A stretch of DNA of 23,847 nucleotides from Methanothermococcus sp. SCGC AD-155-E23. Its GTDB lineage: Archaea; AGJL01; Methanococci; Methanococcales; Methanococcaceae. The notes under the pieces are model-generated. The model was given only the letters and a program-made list of their open reading frames with translations. It made no database searches and was not told the DNA's origin. A program made the translations under genes and the position numbers. Of the stretch, positions 11,718-20,855 are shown one piece after another; within the stretch, counting starts at the first letter, position 1; the number at the start of each line of letters is the position of its first letter. The stretch is taken from NCBI GenBank assembly GCA_019561615.1, contig JAHEQA010000017.1, positions 1 to 23,847 of the forward strand, read 5' to 3'.

Positions 11718-12455
11718 TTATTGGGACTCCCTATTCTCTCTCCCATAAGACCTTATAACTTCGTATACTAGCACTAGGAAGACCAGTGCAAATACACTTA
11801 GCCAGAATAATAGATAGCCGTAGGTAGGTAGTTTTGGGAGAGGTAGGATGGAAAACTCTGCATTGATCATAAGTAATGAATCCTTAGGTACTTTAAAGGT
11901 ATCTCCGGGAGGGTATTGATAGGTTTGACTGTATTTATTTGTTACAAATCTTACCTTTAGGTGTTCAATATCCATGTTACTTCCAAATGGAATAGAGAGG
12001 GTTTTGAAGAGGATACCATCCTCTAAAATATGGGCATCGTACTCTAAGGATACGGTGATATTACTCTTTTTCTCTATGGGCTCCCAGATCTCGTACTTTA
12101 TAACGGAGTAGTTGTTGTGATACTCCACGTAGGTTTTCATGGGTATCCAATTTACTCTATCAAAGGAGTAGTATCCCTTGAGGTTTTCCACCTTTATAGG
12201 TTTAACCTCTTTTTCAAAGGGTAGGGGTATTATCCACAACTTTTTTGGTTCCTGTTTCTGGAGTCTAAGTTCTACAATACCAGGTACAAGGGGGTAGTCT
12301 ACCAAATTTTGTAGAGTAATGTTATAGAAAATATGCTGGGGATCTCTATCCACATCTATAACTACTGTAAAATTGGATATCTTCATTACATTTCCGTGAA
12401 TCTGTGTGAAAGATACTATAAAAAAAATTAGTAAGAGTAACTTTTTTCTACACAT
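11718..12455 (-). CDS. Hypothetical secreted protein with C-terminal membrane anchor
   Basis: Signal peptide MCRKKLLLLIFFIVSFTQIHG, beta-rich body, TM YLLFWLSVFALVFLVLVY and a charged tail. GGGG RBS-like site upstream. Confidence 0.8.
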   Translation of the reverse strand: MCRKKLLLLIFFIVSFTQIHGNVMKISNFTVVIDVDRDPQHIFYNITLQNLVDYPLVPGIVELRLQKQEPKKLWIIPLPFEKEVKPIKVENLKGYYSFDRVNWIPMKTYVEYHNNYSVIKYEIWEPIEKKSNITVSLEYDAHILEDGILFKTLSIPFGSNMDIEHLKVRFVTNKYSQTYQYPPGDTFKVPKDSLLMINAEFSILPLPKLPTYGYLLFWLSVFALVFLVLVYEVIRSYGRENRESQ

Positions 12456-12479
12456 CCCCTTCCCCTTTGGATTTTATTT

Positions 12480-12493
12480 AAAAAATAAAAAAA
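12480..12493 (-). terminator. Oligo-T terminator candidate after the 604-aa gene
   Basis: T7-A-T6 on the minus strand, 13 nt after the stop codon. It overlaps a TTTAAATA that could be a TATA box for the next gene. Confidence 0.5.
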
Positions 12494-12506
12494 GATGGGA
12501 GATTAT

Positions 12507-14321
12507 TTATTTCTTAACTTTCCTCACTACAAGTGCCATTCCTACAACCCCTGTCATTAGTGCTAGAAGTATCTCGTAGTTGTTTCCACTACTTCCCCCT
12601 ATCATTATCATCTTTGGAGATGTAGTAGGTAGTAGGGAGTGTGTAGGGTCTATACCTACGATGAATAGATCTGATGGCATAAATGTCCCTGTTCCATTTA
12701 CAGTATAGATTATAAGTACAGTTTGGTTTTGGTCTAATTCTGTATCGTCGTACCATCCATCTCCATTTGCCCCTCCATTAAGTGGGTTCAAGCACCAGTA
12801 GAGACTTAGGTTATACCTATCGTTGTTAGTTAATGTCTGGTTCCCAGAGTGGTTTAACATATATGGTCTTTCTACTGTAAAATTACCAACTAAACTGAAA
12901 TTTTTTGGTATTAGATCGTATACATAGACAAATGGAGACTTTTCCCCACCTATGTTCTCAACTACGATATATATGGTGTAGGTTCCATCTTCATTACTCT
13001 TTATGGTCTTAGTTACCTTTATCAGATAGCTACCTACTACGTATATTTTCTCTATTACTATATAGGAGCTTCCATATTCGTCGTGGTACTGGTTAACTGT
13101 GTTATTAAGTAGTGTAATGTTACTCTCTGCTATACTGAAGGTACAGTTTGCCCATATTACAGGTGTGCCGTTGAATGTGAAACTATATGTGTCAGATTCC
13201 CACTTCCCTCCCGGTTCTAGTATTTCATTAAGACTTAGGGAGTGATTACTTCCAGGTATTACATTAAAGGGGTCGAGATTTGTTGGATTGCTACCATCTA
13301 CAGCCCATATGTTAACTTTAGTTAGATTGTAGTAGTATTCACTTCCGTTATTCTTAAAGGATACATTTTCATACCACAGGGTGTATTTACCAGTAGTTTC
13401 ATCATAATCAGGTCCTTTTTTGCCTATACTTATACTTCTGTCTCCCACTGCATAGACACCCTCTACCTTGGTACCACTAAGTGTACCATTGTATTTGAAG
13501 AATATAACTGCAAACCCATAGGGCACCTCAGTAGCCTCTCTTCCAGTGAAATTATTCTCTGCCTCTACTGTGAAGGTAATGATTTCTGCCCCTCTTCTTA
13601 ATACTATATCTGTACAGTTAAGGGAGTCGTTTGTACTACCTGAAAAGTAAGGTCCATCCCACAACTTTATCTTACCTATACCCATATAATAGCACTTAGT
13701 AATGTTCAGGAAAGTCCAGTAGGAACTTCCGTAGTGATTTGGGTCATTGGAGAGATACTTTGTTACATTAACTAATACGAGGGTATATTCGTTAGGTAGT
13801 GCTGAAATATTTTTTCCTATAGTCAAGGTTACATTCCACTTAACCCTTTTATTGGCGGGAACCTTTGTAATACTATAGATCTCATTTACAATTACGGGAA
13901 CCCCTGCTTTTGGAATACTGGCTATATCCAGTGGAATGGTAACTACAACATAAGAGTTGGCAGGTAATACTGGAATGTGTATGTAGGTTAAACCAGAGGG
14001 TAATCCTGTATAATTAGGGGCTGTATAAGTTATATCTACTTTCTTTGGAGTACCGTTATAGGATACGTAGGGAGCGGATTTATTATTTTTAATATCTACT
14101 GCTACCCAGACATCACTGAGAATATCCTTTGAGGCGGTGTTGTTTATTATGATATATCCTGTGAGGTTATGAATGGTATAAGATGTTGTACCATTTCCAT
14201 TTACCTCGGCGGTAATGTTGTACCTCTCCTGGTATGTTACTAGTAAAGGGTTGGCAGAGACTACAGACAACACTCCAAGTAGTAGCAACATACCTAGAAG
14301 AAATTTCCAACTATTTTTCAT
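12507..14321 (-). CDS. Cell-surface glycoprotein, multi-Ig-like with a DUF11-like last domain and C-terminal TM anchor
   Basis: Class I signal peptide (..VLSVVSA|NP). I count 30 N-x-S/T sequons. C-terminus is a Ser/Gly linker, TM and RKVKK. GGTGG RBS. Confidence 0.85.
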   Translation of the reverse strand: MKNSWKFLLGMLLLLGVLSVVSANPLLVTYQERYNITAEVNGNGTTSYTIHNLTGYIIINNTASKDILSDVWVAVDIKNNKSAPYVSYNGTPKKVDITYTAPNYTGLPSGLTYIHIPVLPANSYVVVTIPLDIASIPKAGVPVIVNEIYSITKVPANKRVKWNVTLTIGKNISALPNEYTLVLVNVTKYLSNDPNHYGSSYWTFLNITKCYYMGIGKIKLWDGPYFSGSTNDSLNCTDIVLRRGAEIITFTVEAENNFTGREATEVPYGFAVIFFKYNGTLSGTKVEGVYAVGDRSISIGKKGPDYDETTGKYTLWYENVSFKNNGSEYYYNLTKVNIWAVDGSNPTNLDPFNVIPGSNHSLSLNEILEPGGKWESDTYSFTFNGTPVIWANCTFSIAESNITLLNNTVNQYHDEYGSSYIVIEKIYVVGSYLIKVTKTIKSNEDGTYTIYIVVENIGGEKSPFVYVYDLIPKNFSLVGNFTVERPYMLNHSGNQTLTNNDRYNLSLYWCLNPLNGGANGDGWYDDTELDQNQTVLIIYTVNGTGTFMPSDLFIVGIDPTHSLLPTTSPKMIMIGGSSGNNYEILLALMTGVVGMALVVRKVKK

Positions 14322-14412
14322 ACTTTACCACCTGTTTAGATTTTTACAATAATTTTTAAAATTTAATCTCCATAAATAGTTAATCCTAAATAAACGTTAT
14401 GTAGTGAAAACC

Positions 14413-15762
14413 ATGAGAACGGTAGTGATAGGGAGTGGAGCGGGAGGGTTAACCACTGCATCCACCATAAGAAAGTACAATAAAAATATGGAGATAGTGG
14501 TAATTACAAAGGAGAAATATGTAGCCTACTCACCCTGTGCCATACCCTACGTTATATCTGGGGAGATACCCTCATTCCAGCATATAGTGATGCACACACC
14601 TGAGTACTACAGGAAAAACAGGAATATTGAGATAATTACAGAGTCTATCGTTGTAGATGTAGACTCTGAAAAGAGAGAGGTAGTATACTACGACAGGGAG
14701 GGGAACAAAAGAACTCTAAAATACGACTATCTCGTTATTGCAACAGGAGGAGAAACCTTCATCCCCCCTATAGAGGGGCGGGATTTAGAAGGTGTATTCA
14801 AGGTAAAGACTATCGAGGATGGAATGAAAATAAAAGATTACGCCCAGAAATCCACTAGTGCCACCGTTGTAGGTGCCGGTGCTATAGGTCTCGAGATGGC
14901 CTATGGGTTAAGAAAGTTAGGTCTCAAGGTTACCCTTGTGGAGATGGCTCCCCAGGTACTACCTAGGGCCCTTGATATAGATATGGCAGAGGTTGTCTTG
15001 AAGTATCTTAAGGATCTAGGTATAGAGGTAATCCTGGGAAAACCTCTCAGTAAAATACTTGGAGATAAGGATGGCAGGGTAAAGGAGGTTGTAGTGGGAA
15101 ATAAGTCCCACAGTTGTGACATGGTGGTAATGGCTACAGGGGTAAGACCAAATATTGAGTTGGCTAAGAGGGCTGGATGTGAGATAGGTAGACTTGCCAT
15201 AAAGGTAAATAGTAGGATGGAGACCTCTGTTCTAAATATCTATGCAGTTGGGGACTGTGTGGAAACTGTGGACTTCATAACAGGGCAACCTACCCTCTCA
15301 CCCTTTGGATCCACTGCAGTGAGACAGGGTAAGGTGGCAGGGAAAAATATTGCAGGTATTTCAGCAGAATTTAAACCTGTTTTAAACGCCATGGTATCCA
15401 AGATAGGGGATATGGAGATTGGAAGTACCGGTATAAGTGAACTTAGGGCTCACCAGAGTAGAATGGAGGTAGTGGTAGGTAAGGCAAAGGCTCTCACAAG
15501 GGCTAGATACTACCCTGGAGGAAAACCCATATACGTCAAGCTAATCTTCGATATAGATGGAACCCTTATAGGCTGTCAGATAGTTGGAGGGGAGAGGGTA
15601 GCTGAGAGGATAGATGCCATGTCCCTGGGGATATTGAAGGGTGTCACCTGTGAGGAGTTAGTTAATATGGAGTTCTCCTACGCCCCACCAGTTTCCATGG
15701 TTGTAGATCCTATAGCCCTTGCTGCAGAGGATGCCTGGGATAAGTTTCGAAAGTTGAAATGA
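14413..15762 (+). CDS. NADH oxidase / CoA-disulfide reductase family flavoprotein
   Basis: FAD motif GSGAGG, single redox Cys in YSPCAIPY, NADH motif GAGAIGLE, YAVGD and C-terminal FSYAPP. ATG 14413 (track GTG 14404). Confidence 0.9.
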   Translation: MRTVVIGSGAGGLTTASTIRKYNKNMEIVVITKEKYVAYSPCAIPYVISGEIPSFQHIVMHTPEYYRKNRNIEIITESIVVDVDSEKREVVYYDREGNKRTLKYDYLVIATGGETFIPPIEGRDLEGVFKVKTIEDGMKIKDYAQKSTSATVVGAGAIGLEMAYGLRKLGLKVTLVEMAPQVLPRALDIDMAEVVLKYLKDLGIEVILGKPLSKILGDKDGRVKEVVVGNKSHSCDMVVMATGVRPNIELAKRAGCEIGRLAIKVNSRMETSVLNIYAVGDCVETVDFITGQPTLSPFGSTAVRQGKVAGKNIAGISAEFKPVLNAMVSKIGDMEIGSTGISELRAHQSRMEVVVGKAKALTRARYYPGGKPIYVKLIFDIDGTLIGCQIVGGERVAERIDAMSLGILKGVTCEELVNMEFSYAPPVSMVVDPIALAAEDAWDKFRKLK

Positions 15763-16121
15763 TTTTCTTATAATGAAAAATTGAACCCCCGGTGCGAAAT
15801 CCGCACCCCCTCAAAGATTTTCCCCGGGCTTTTTCCTACCCACCTTCCCAAAATCCCAATTTCATATATATACCTGCGTCCCAGGGTATATATACCCCAG
15901 GACGCATTCCGCACCCCCTATCCCATTTTCTTATAGTGAATACCTGAACCCCGGTGCGAAATCCGTCACAAAATCCCTCTTAAGGTGCGGATTTCGTCCA
16001 CTTCTAAAGGTCAACCTCGAGATTTTCCCGGGACTCTTCCTTGACAACTGCCGCATTTCGCACCCCCCTCCAAGACCCCACAATTTTTTCTTATAATATA
16101 AACCTCATTTCTTATAGTGAA
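15763..16121. repeat. Modular intergenic repeat element: two ~160-bp units with direct repeats, inverted repeats and a palindrome
   Basis: TTTCTTATA(A/G)TGAA boxes at 15763, 15926 and 16108, with a variant at 16086. About 41-bp direct repeat at 15762-15803 and 15925-15965. GGTGCGAAAT/ATT(T/C)CGCACC inverted pairs. 32-bp palindrome at 15875-15906. Confidence 0.85.
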
Positions 16122-16143
16122 ACCTTGGGCCCTGGCTCCAAAG

Positions 16144-17865
16144 TCACTTCCCCAACTTCTTCAACTTACTGTAGAACTTTCTACCCTTGACAAAGTAGGT
16201 GTAGGCCTCTGACTTTCTAACTACAACCTCATCCCCTTTTTTCAAGGTCTCCTCAACATTCCCATCTATAACTACAAGTACAGGTTTTCTCAATACCCTT
16301 ATTCTGATCTCAGAGTTTCCATCCACTACAAGGGGACGGGAGAAGAGTTTAAAGGGACATATAGGGACTACCACAAAGGCATCCATGGAGGGCTCCAGTA
16401 TTGGTCCCCCGGCACTTAGGGAGTAGGCGGTAGAACCTGTTGGAGTTGACACTATAATCCCATCAGCCCTAACCTCCTCTACAAACTCCCCATTTATATA
16501 AACCTCAAAGTGTACCATCTTTGCAGGGCTTTTAGTTATTAATACCACCTCATTTAAGGCATCTGGAAGTACCTTCTGGCGACCCTTCTCCCTGAATCTA
16601 ACTACAGAGCTACATTTAGTCCTCCTCTCAATCTCGTATTTCCCCCTTATAACCATCTCTATGGCCTTAAATATCTCCTCCTTACTGAACTCCGTGAGAA
16701 AACCAACGGTACCCATATCTATACTGATTATAGGTATTTCATTTCCCCCTATTAACCTGGCAGCCCTCAGTACGGTGCCATCCCCCCCTATAACCAACAT
16801 GTGGGAGATCTCCCCTAAATCCCTCATAACCCTACATCTATACCTCCCCATATTCACCCTATTCTTTAAAGTATTGTAGAGCTCCTCCTCCAGGAGATAA
16901 CCTATACCCTTAGATTCCAGATAGTCCATAACCTGGACAACAAGATCTAATGCATCCTCTCTATCCAACCTAGATACTATACCAAATTTTGTAGGCTTCA
17001 ATACCCATCTGTTCCCAAATATACCTACCAGCTTCCTGTGGAGTGCCCTGTTTGAGCATATCAGGGAGGTCCTCTCCTGAATGTCTAACCTCATACTCAA
17101 GGGCCTTCCATCTCTATCTGTTATAACCCCTCCAGATTCCCTAAGGATAACGTACCCCCCTGCAATATCATAGAGCCTGGTGGTTTCATTTACATTTATA
17201 AATGCATCTAGCGCCCCTCTAGCCACATAGCACATCTCCAAGGCCACAGAGCCAAATATCCTTATCCTTTTCACCTTCCTCTCCTTTATGAAATCTAAGG
17301 TGTTAGTGGTTAGACCGTAGGCAAAAACCCCCACTGTGGCATCCTTGAGATTTTTGATATCAGATACCCCTATTCTCCTCCACTCCCTCTCCTTCTCCTC
17401 CAGCATATAAGCTCCCCTATTAACCCTTCCATAGTATATCTCCCCTGTAGCTATATTCTTCACCATCCCCAACTCCAGATCCTGTATACTCATGGTTCTC
17501 ACTGCATCTATCTCCTCCTTCCCTCCCCTTATCCTTCCCATGGCTATAGAGACAGAGTAGATAGGAAGGTTTTTCAATGCGTTATAGGTACCATCTATGG
17601 GATCTAGTACAACGATATACTCAGGTGGACCCTCCCCCACCTTTTTAATCCCTACCTCCTCACTTATAAGCACTGCACTACAACACCTCTCTATGGCGTT
17701 TATGGCAATGTTCTCTGCAATAACATCTATTCTCTTAGTTGGAGTACCATCTGCCCCAATTTTTACAACTTCCTCAGATCCCTCCCATCCAATTAAGGGT
17801 TTTACCCCCTTTTCAATACTGTCAACCACCTTTCTGGCAATATGAAACATCTCCTCTTCATCCAT
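16144..17865 (-). CDS. Bifunctional NADP phosphatase (IMPase/FBPase fold) / NAD kinase
   Basis: N-domain GADGTPT, SEE, LDPIDGTYN, RIFGSVALE. C-domain GGDGT, LNE, ADGIIVSTPTGSTAYSLSAGGP. This fusion is known from Methanococcales (MJ0917 type). ATG 17865 follows GGTGG (track GTG 17874). Confidence 0.93.
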   Translation of the reverse strand: MDEEEMFHIARKVVDSIEKGVKPLIGWEGSEEVVKIGADGTPTKRIDVIAENIAINAIERCCSAVLISEEVGIKKVGEGPPEYIVVLDPIDGTYNALKNLPIYSVSIAMGRIRGGKEEIDAVRTMSIQDLELGMVKNIATGEIYYGRVNRGAYMLEEKEREWRRIGVSDIKNLKDATVGVFAYGLTTNTLDFIKERKVKRIRIFGSVALEMCYVARGALDAFINVNETTRLYDIAGGYVILRESGGVITDRDGRPLSMRLDIQERTSLICSNRALHRKLVGIFGNRWVLKPTKFGIVSRLDREDALDLVVQVMDYLESKGIGYLLEEELYNTLKNRVNMGRYRCRVMRDLGEISHMLVIGGDGTVLRAARLIGGNEIPIISIDMGTVGFLTEFSKEEIFKAIEMVIRGKYEIERRTKCSSVVRFREKGRQKVLPDALNEVVLITKSPAKMVHFEVYINGEFVEEVRADGIIVSTPTGSTAYSLSAGGPILEPSMDAFVVVPICPFKLFSRPLVVDGNSEIRIRVLRKPVLVVIDGNVEETLKKGDEVVVRKSEAYTYFVKGRKFYSKLKKLGK

Positions 17866-17951
17866 AGTTTCCACCGTAAGTATAATAAAAAAGAAACCTC
17901 AAATTCCAGTTATTTTTATAACAATAACCTTTATTAAAAGGGGTAGATAGG

Positions 17952-19787
17952 ATGAAAAGGTACTCCATCCCTCTCTTGTTACTCCTTTCTCTAAATGGAG
18001 TATTTGGAGATGTAACTATTGCAGTGCCAGCAGTTTCAACAACAGATTATGGATACGTAGGAACCATCATAAACATCGATGTTAGGGTGTCCAATGGAAG
18101 TGGTCATGTCTTTATAGATACCCTACCAGTAACTGAGATGGATATGCAGAGTTCAGCGAGGATTGCTGCAAAGGTAGCCTTTGATGTATGTAACAAGAAT
18201 CAGAGGGATTACGATGTCTACTACATAATAAGGTCGAAAGTCCCTATAATTGGAGGCCCTTCAGCAGGAGGTGCCCTATGTGTAGCTACTGTTGCCCAGT
18301 TAAATAACTGGAGCATAAACAGGGACGTTATGATGACAGGTATGATATACCCAGATGGTGGCATTGGACCTGTAGGGGGAATACTGGAGAAGTTAAAAGC
18401 TGCAAAGATGTCAGGTGCCAGGCGCTTCTTAATACCTTACGGGGAGCGTTACATAACTGTAGAGGATCCCTACATAGAGGGTGGCAACATCACCGTAGAT
18501 GTGGTAGAGTACGGGAGGAAGTTGGGAATAGAGGTTGTAGAGGTTAAAAGCATATACGACGCCATCTACTACTTCACGAATTATACCCTCGTGGAGGAGA
18601 ACTACACCCCCAATCCAGTGCTGGAGGCCCTATACAGGAGAAAGATGAAGGGACTTGCAGACAGGATATTGAAACTTGCCAGGAATAACTACCACTATGT
18701 AAAGGATAAATTGGAGAGGGATCCCAGTACCAAGTTAAGCTATCTACTGGAGAGGAACCTTAAGAGAAGGTTGGAGGGAGCTGGGGAAAATCTGGAGGTG
18801 GCGGAGAAACTGTACTCCCAGGGTAATTACTACTCTGCCACCTCAAAGGCCTTTGGAGCCATAATAGACCTGGAATTTATAAACTCTACACTAAATTACA
18901 TGGAGAGCAGGGATAAGAGGGGCTATCTAAAGGACTATCTCGTGAATATCCAGGAGGATATTAAAAATAAAAAAGAGGTTATTAAAAATAAAAAACTTAA
19001 AAAGGATAACTTTGAGTATATCCTGGCCTCTAAGAGTAGGATCTACGAGGGGGAAGACCTCCTAGACAGGGCCTGGAGGGAGTACTACAACAACAACCCT
19101 TTATCTGCTATAGAATACGCCTCCTATGGTAAATGGAGAGGGGAGAGTGCCCTCTGGTGGCTGGGACTTTCCAATGGAAAGGGAGAGGTTGTGGAAGAGT
19201 GTCAACTGATGCCCCTTGCCCAGAAGTACCTGGATAACGCGGAAGTTGTAGTTCTCTACTCCTCCATGGTACTACCTGAGGTAGGGCCGATAGAGGATGC
19301 AGAGGAGAAGTTGGAGAAGGCTAGAGAGTATTACGAGAAGGGGGAGTATCTACTCTCTATTGGAGAGAGTATAGATGCCTACGTATACGCCACAACCCCT
19401 CTTAACTTCAATACAGATATAGAGTATCTAAGGGAGAGGGCGGAAAAGAGGATAAACAAGGTAATGGGTAGGTATGGGTATCTACCTATAAGTGCCATGG
19501 GATACTACGAGTACGCAAACTCCTTCAACGATTCCTTCTACAGGGCCTTATACTACAAGTACAGTACAGCCTACGCCCAGATGGATATGGATATACTCCA
19601 GGAGATAGACCATAGCTGTAGAGAGCAGGGGAGTACTTTCATACCTGGAAATGTAAGTGTCTCCCCAGGGACAAAACCTGTGGAGAGGGAGGTATCTCAT
19701 CCTACCCTTTATCCTGTTGTCTATCTCCTTGTAGGTTTGCTCTCAGGAGTTCTCATAGGGTACTTTATCAGGAGGGATAACAGTTAA
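17952..19787 (+). CDS. Extracytoplasmic Lon-like (peptidase S16) serine protease without an ATPase domain
   Basis: Signal peptide, GGPSAG catalytic Ser and PVGGILEK Lys of the dyad, a helical C-terminal region, and C-terminal TM plus RR. Confidence 0.85.
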   Translation: MKRYSIPLLLLLSLNGVFGDVTIAVPAVSTTDYGYVGTIINIDVRVSNGSGHVFIDTLPVTEMDMQSSARIAAKVAFDVCNKNQRDYDVYYIIRSKVPIIGGPSAGGALCVATVAQLNNWSINRDVMMTGMIYPDGGIGPVGGILEKLKAAKMSGARRFLIPYGERYITVEDPYIEGGNITVDVVEYGRKLGIEVVEVKSIYDAIYYFTNYTLVEENYTPNPVLEALYRRKMKGLADRILKLARNNYHYVKDKLERDPSTKLSYLLERNLKRRLEGAGENLEVAEKLYSQGNYYSATSKAFGAIIDLEFINSTLNYMESRDKRGYLKDYLVNIQEDIKNKKEVIKNKKLKKDNFEYILASKSRIYEGEDLLDRAWREYYNNNPLSAIEYASYGKWRGESALWWLGLSNGKGEVVEECQLMPLAQKYLDNAEVVVLYSSMVLPEVGPIEDAEEKLEKAREYYEKGEYLLSIGESIDAYVYATTPLNFNTDIEYLRERAEKRINKVMGRYGYLPISAMGYYEYANSFNDSFYRALYYKYSTAYAQMDMDILQEIDHSCREQGSTFIPGNVSVSPGTKPVEREVSHPTLYPVVYLLVGLLSGVLIGYFIRRDNS

Positions 19788-19798
19788 GGGTGTGAAAC

Positions 19799-20734
19799 AT
19801 GTTCTGTGATATCCAGGCTACAGAACCTGAGATCAAGGTATCCCTAACAAGGGTAGGAATCATCAACCTAAAGAAACTTGTAAAGATACATAGGAAAAAC
19901 AAGAGACCTATAATACTCCTTCCAACATTTGAAGTCTTTGTAGATCTACCAAGCTCCCAGAAGGGCATACACATGTCCAGGAGTCCAGAGGTTATCGAGG
20001 AGGTCATAGAGAAGTTAGTAGTTAAGGAGACCTATGGAATAGAGGAGTTATCTGTAAATATAGTTAAGAAGCTCTTTGAAAGGCATGACTATGCAACAAG
20101 GGCAGAGGTCCTCATGTACGGAGACTATATCCTGGAGGAGAGATCCCCCATAACAGGTAAACCCTCTCAAGGGGTTTGTAAGATTATAGGTAGGGCCTAC
20201 GGGGTAAAGGATAAGGAGGGTAATATCCATATCAAGAAGATGGTTGGTGCAGAGGTTGTAGGTATTACAGCCTGTCCCTGTGCCCAGAACCTCCTAAAGG
20301 AGAAGACTATTCAGAATTTAAAAGAGAAGGGATTTTCAGAGGAGGAGATAGAGAAGATACTAGATGCTGTTGTTGTTGCAACCCATAACCAGAGGGGTAT
20401 AGGGACTGTAATGATAGAGGTTCCTGAAGGTTACAACGTAAGTATTGGGAAAATCATAGAGATTATAAGAAAGTCCATGAGTGGGGAGGTGTACGAATTA
20501 CTAAAAAGGGTAGACGAGGCATACGTAGTGGAGAAGGCCCACAGGAATCCAAAGTTCGTCGAAGACTGTGCAAGGGAGATGATAAAGAGAATAGTGGAGG
20601 AATTTAAGTATCTACCTGACGATACCCAGGTGCTAGTTAGACAGGTAAATAAGGAGAGTATCCATAGGCATGACGCCTTTGCAGAGAGGCGCTCCACTAT
20701 GGGAGAGTTGAGAAGAGAGTTAAATTGTGAATAA
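19799..20734 (+). CDS. mptA: GTP cyclohydrolase MptA (FolE2 family; methanopterin biosynthesis)
   Basis: KGIHMSR, TACPCA, THNQRG, NPKFVED and ESIHRHDA motifs. Confidence 0.93.
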   Translation: MFCDIQATEPEIKVSLTRVGIINLKKLVKIHRKNKRPIILLPTFEVFVDLPSSQKGIHMSRSPEVIEEVIEKLVVKETYGIEELSVNIVKKLFERHDYATRAEVLMYGDYILEERSPITGKPSQGVCKIIGRAYGVKDKEGNIHIKKMVGAEVVGITACPCAQNLLKEKTIQNLKEKGFSEEEIEKILDAVVVATHNQRGIGTVMIEVPEGYNVSIGKIIEIIRKSMSGEVYELLKRVDEAYVVEKAHRNPKFVEDCAREMIKRIVEEFKYLPDDTQVLVRQVNKESIHRHDAFAERRSTMGELRRELNCE

Positions 20735-20815
20735 ATTTGTATATTTCTTTTTTTGAATTTATAGGTAGTAAGGGATAAATATTAACGTTACTATATCTTA
20801 CTAGCGTCACAGAGA

Positions 20816-20855
20816 TATTTAAATAGTATCCCTTTTTGTCCAGTATTTAAATACT
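20816..20855 (+). promoter_or_regulatory. Two palindromic TATTTAAATA boxes upstream of the Hmd-like gene
   Basis: TATTTAAATA at 20816 and 20844. The second lies within the perfect 14-bp palindrome AGTATTTAAATACT (20842-20855). Both match the archaeal TATA consensus. Confidence 0.55.

Noticed and set aside
11815-12645. Sortase-like motifs before the TM anchors (LPTYG in the 245-aa protein, LPTTS in the 604-aa protein)
   Set aside because: Neither matches LPxTG, no sortase is in the window, and Methanococcales lack a (pseudo)murein acceptor. Likely Pro-rich linkers.
12507-14321. Type IV pilin/archaellin or canonical S-layer identity for the cluster proteins
   Set aside because: Signal peptides look class I rather than class III, no assembly ATPase or TadC is present, and I see no recognisable Methanococcales S-layer signature.
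15760-15936. Selenocysteine read-through of the NADH oxidase TGA (the frame stays open for over 50 codons afterwards)
   Set aside because: The protein is already complete after the FSYAPP region, the extension is translated repeat DNA, and I see no convincing archaeal SECIS.
15763-16121. CRISPR array or tRNA/rRNA in the GC-rich intergenic region
   Set aside because: Only two long repeats about 160 bp apart, with interiors that share motifs. No cas genes, and no cloverleaf or T-loop consensus visible.
16144-17865. IMPase-NAD kinase fusion as a novelty
   Set aside because: Already described in Methanococcales as the bifunctional NADP phosphatase/NAD kinase.
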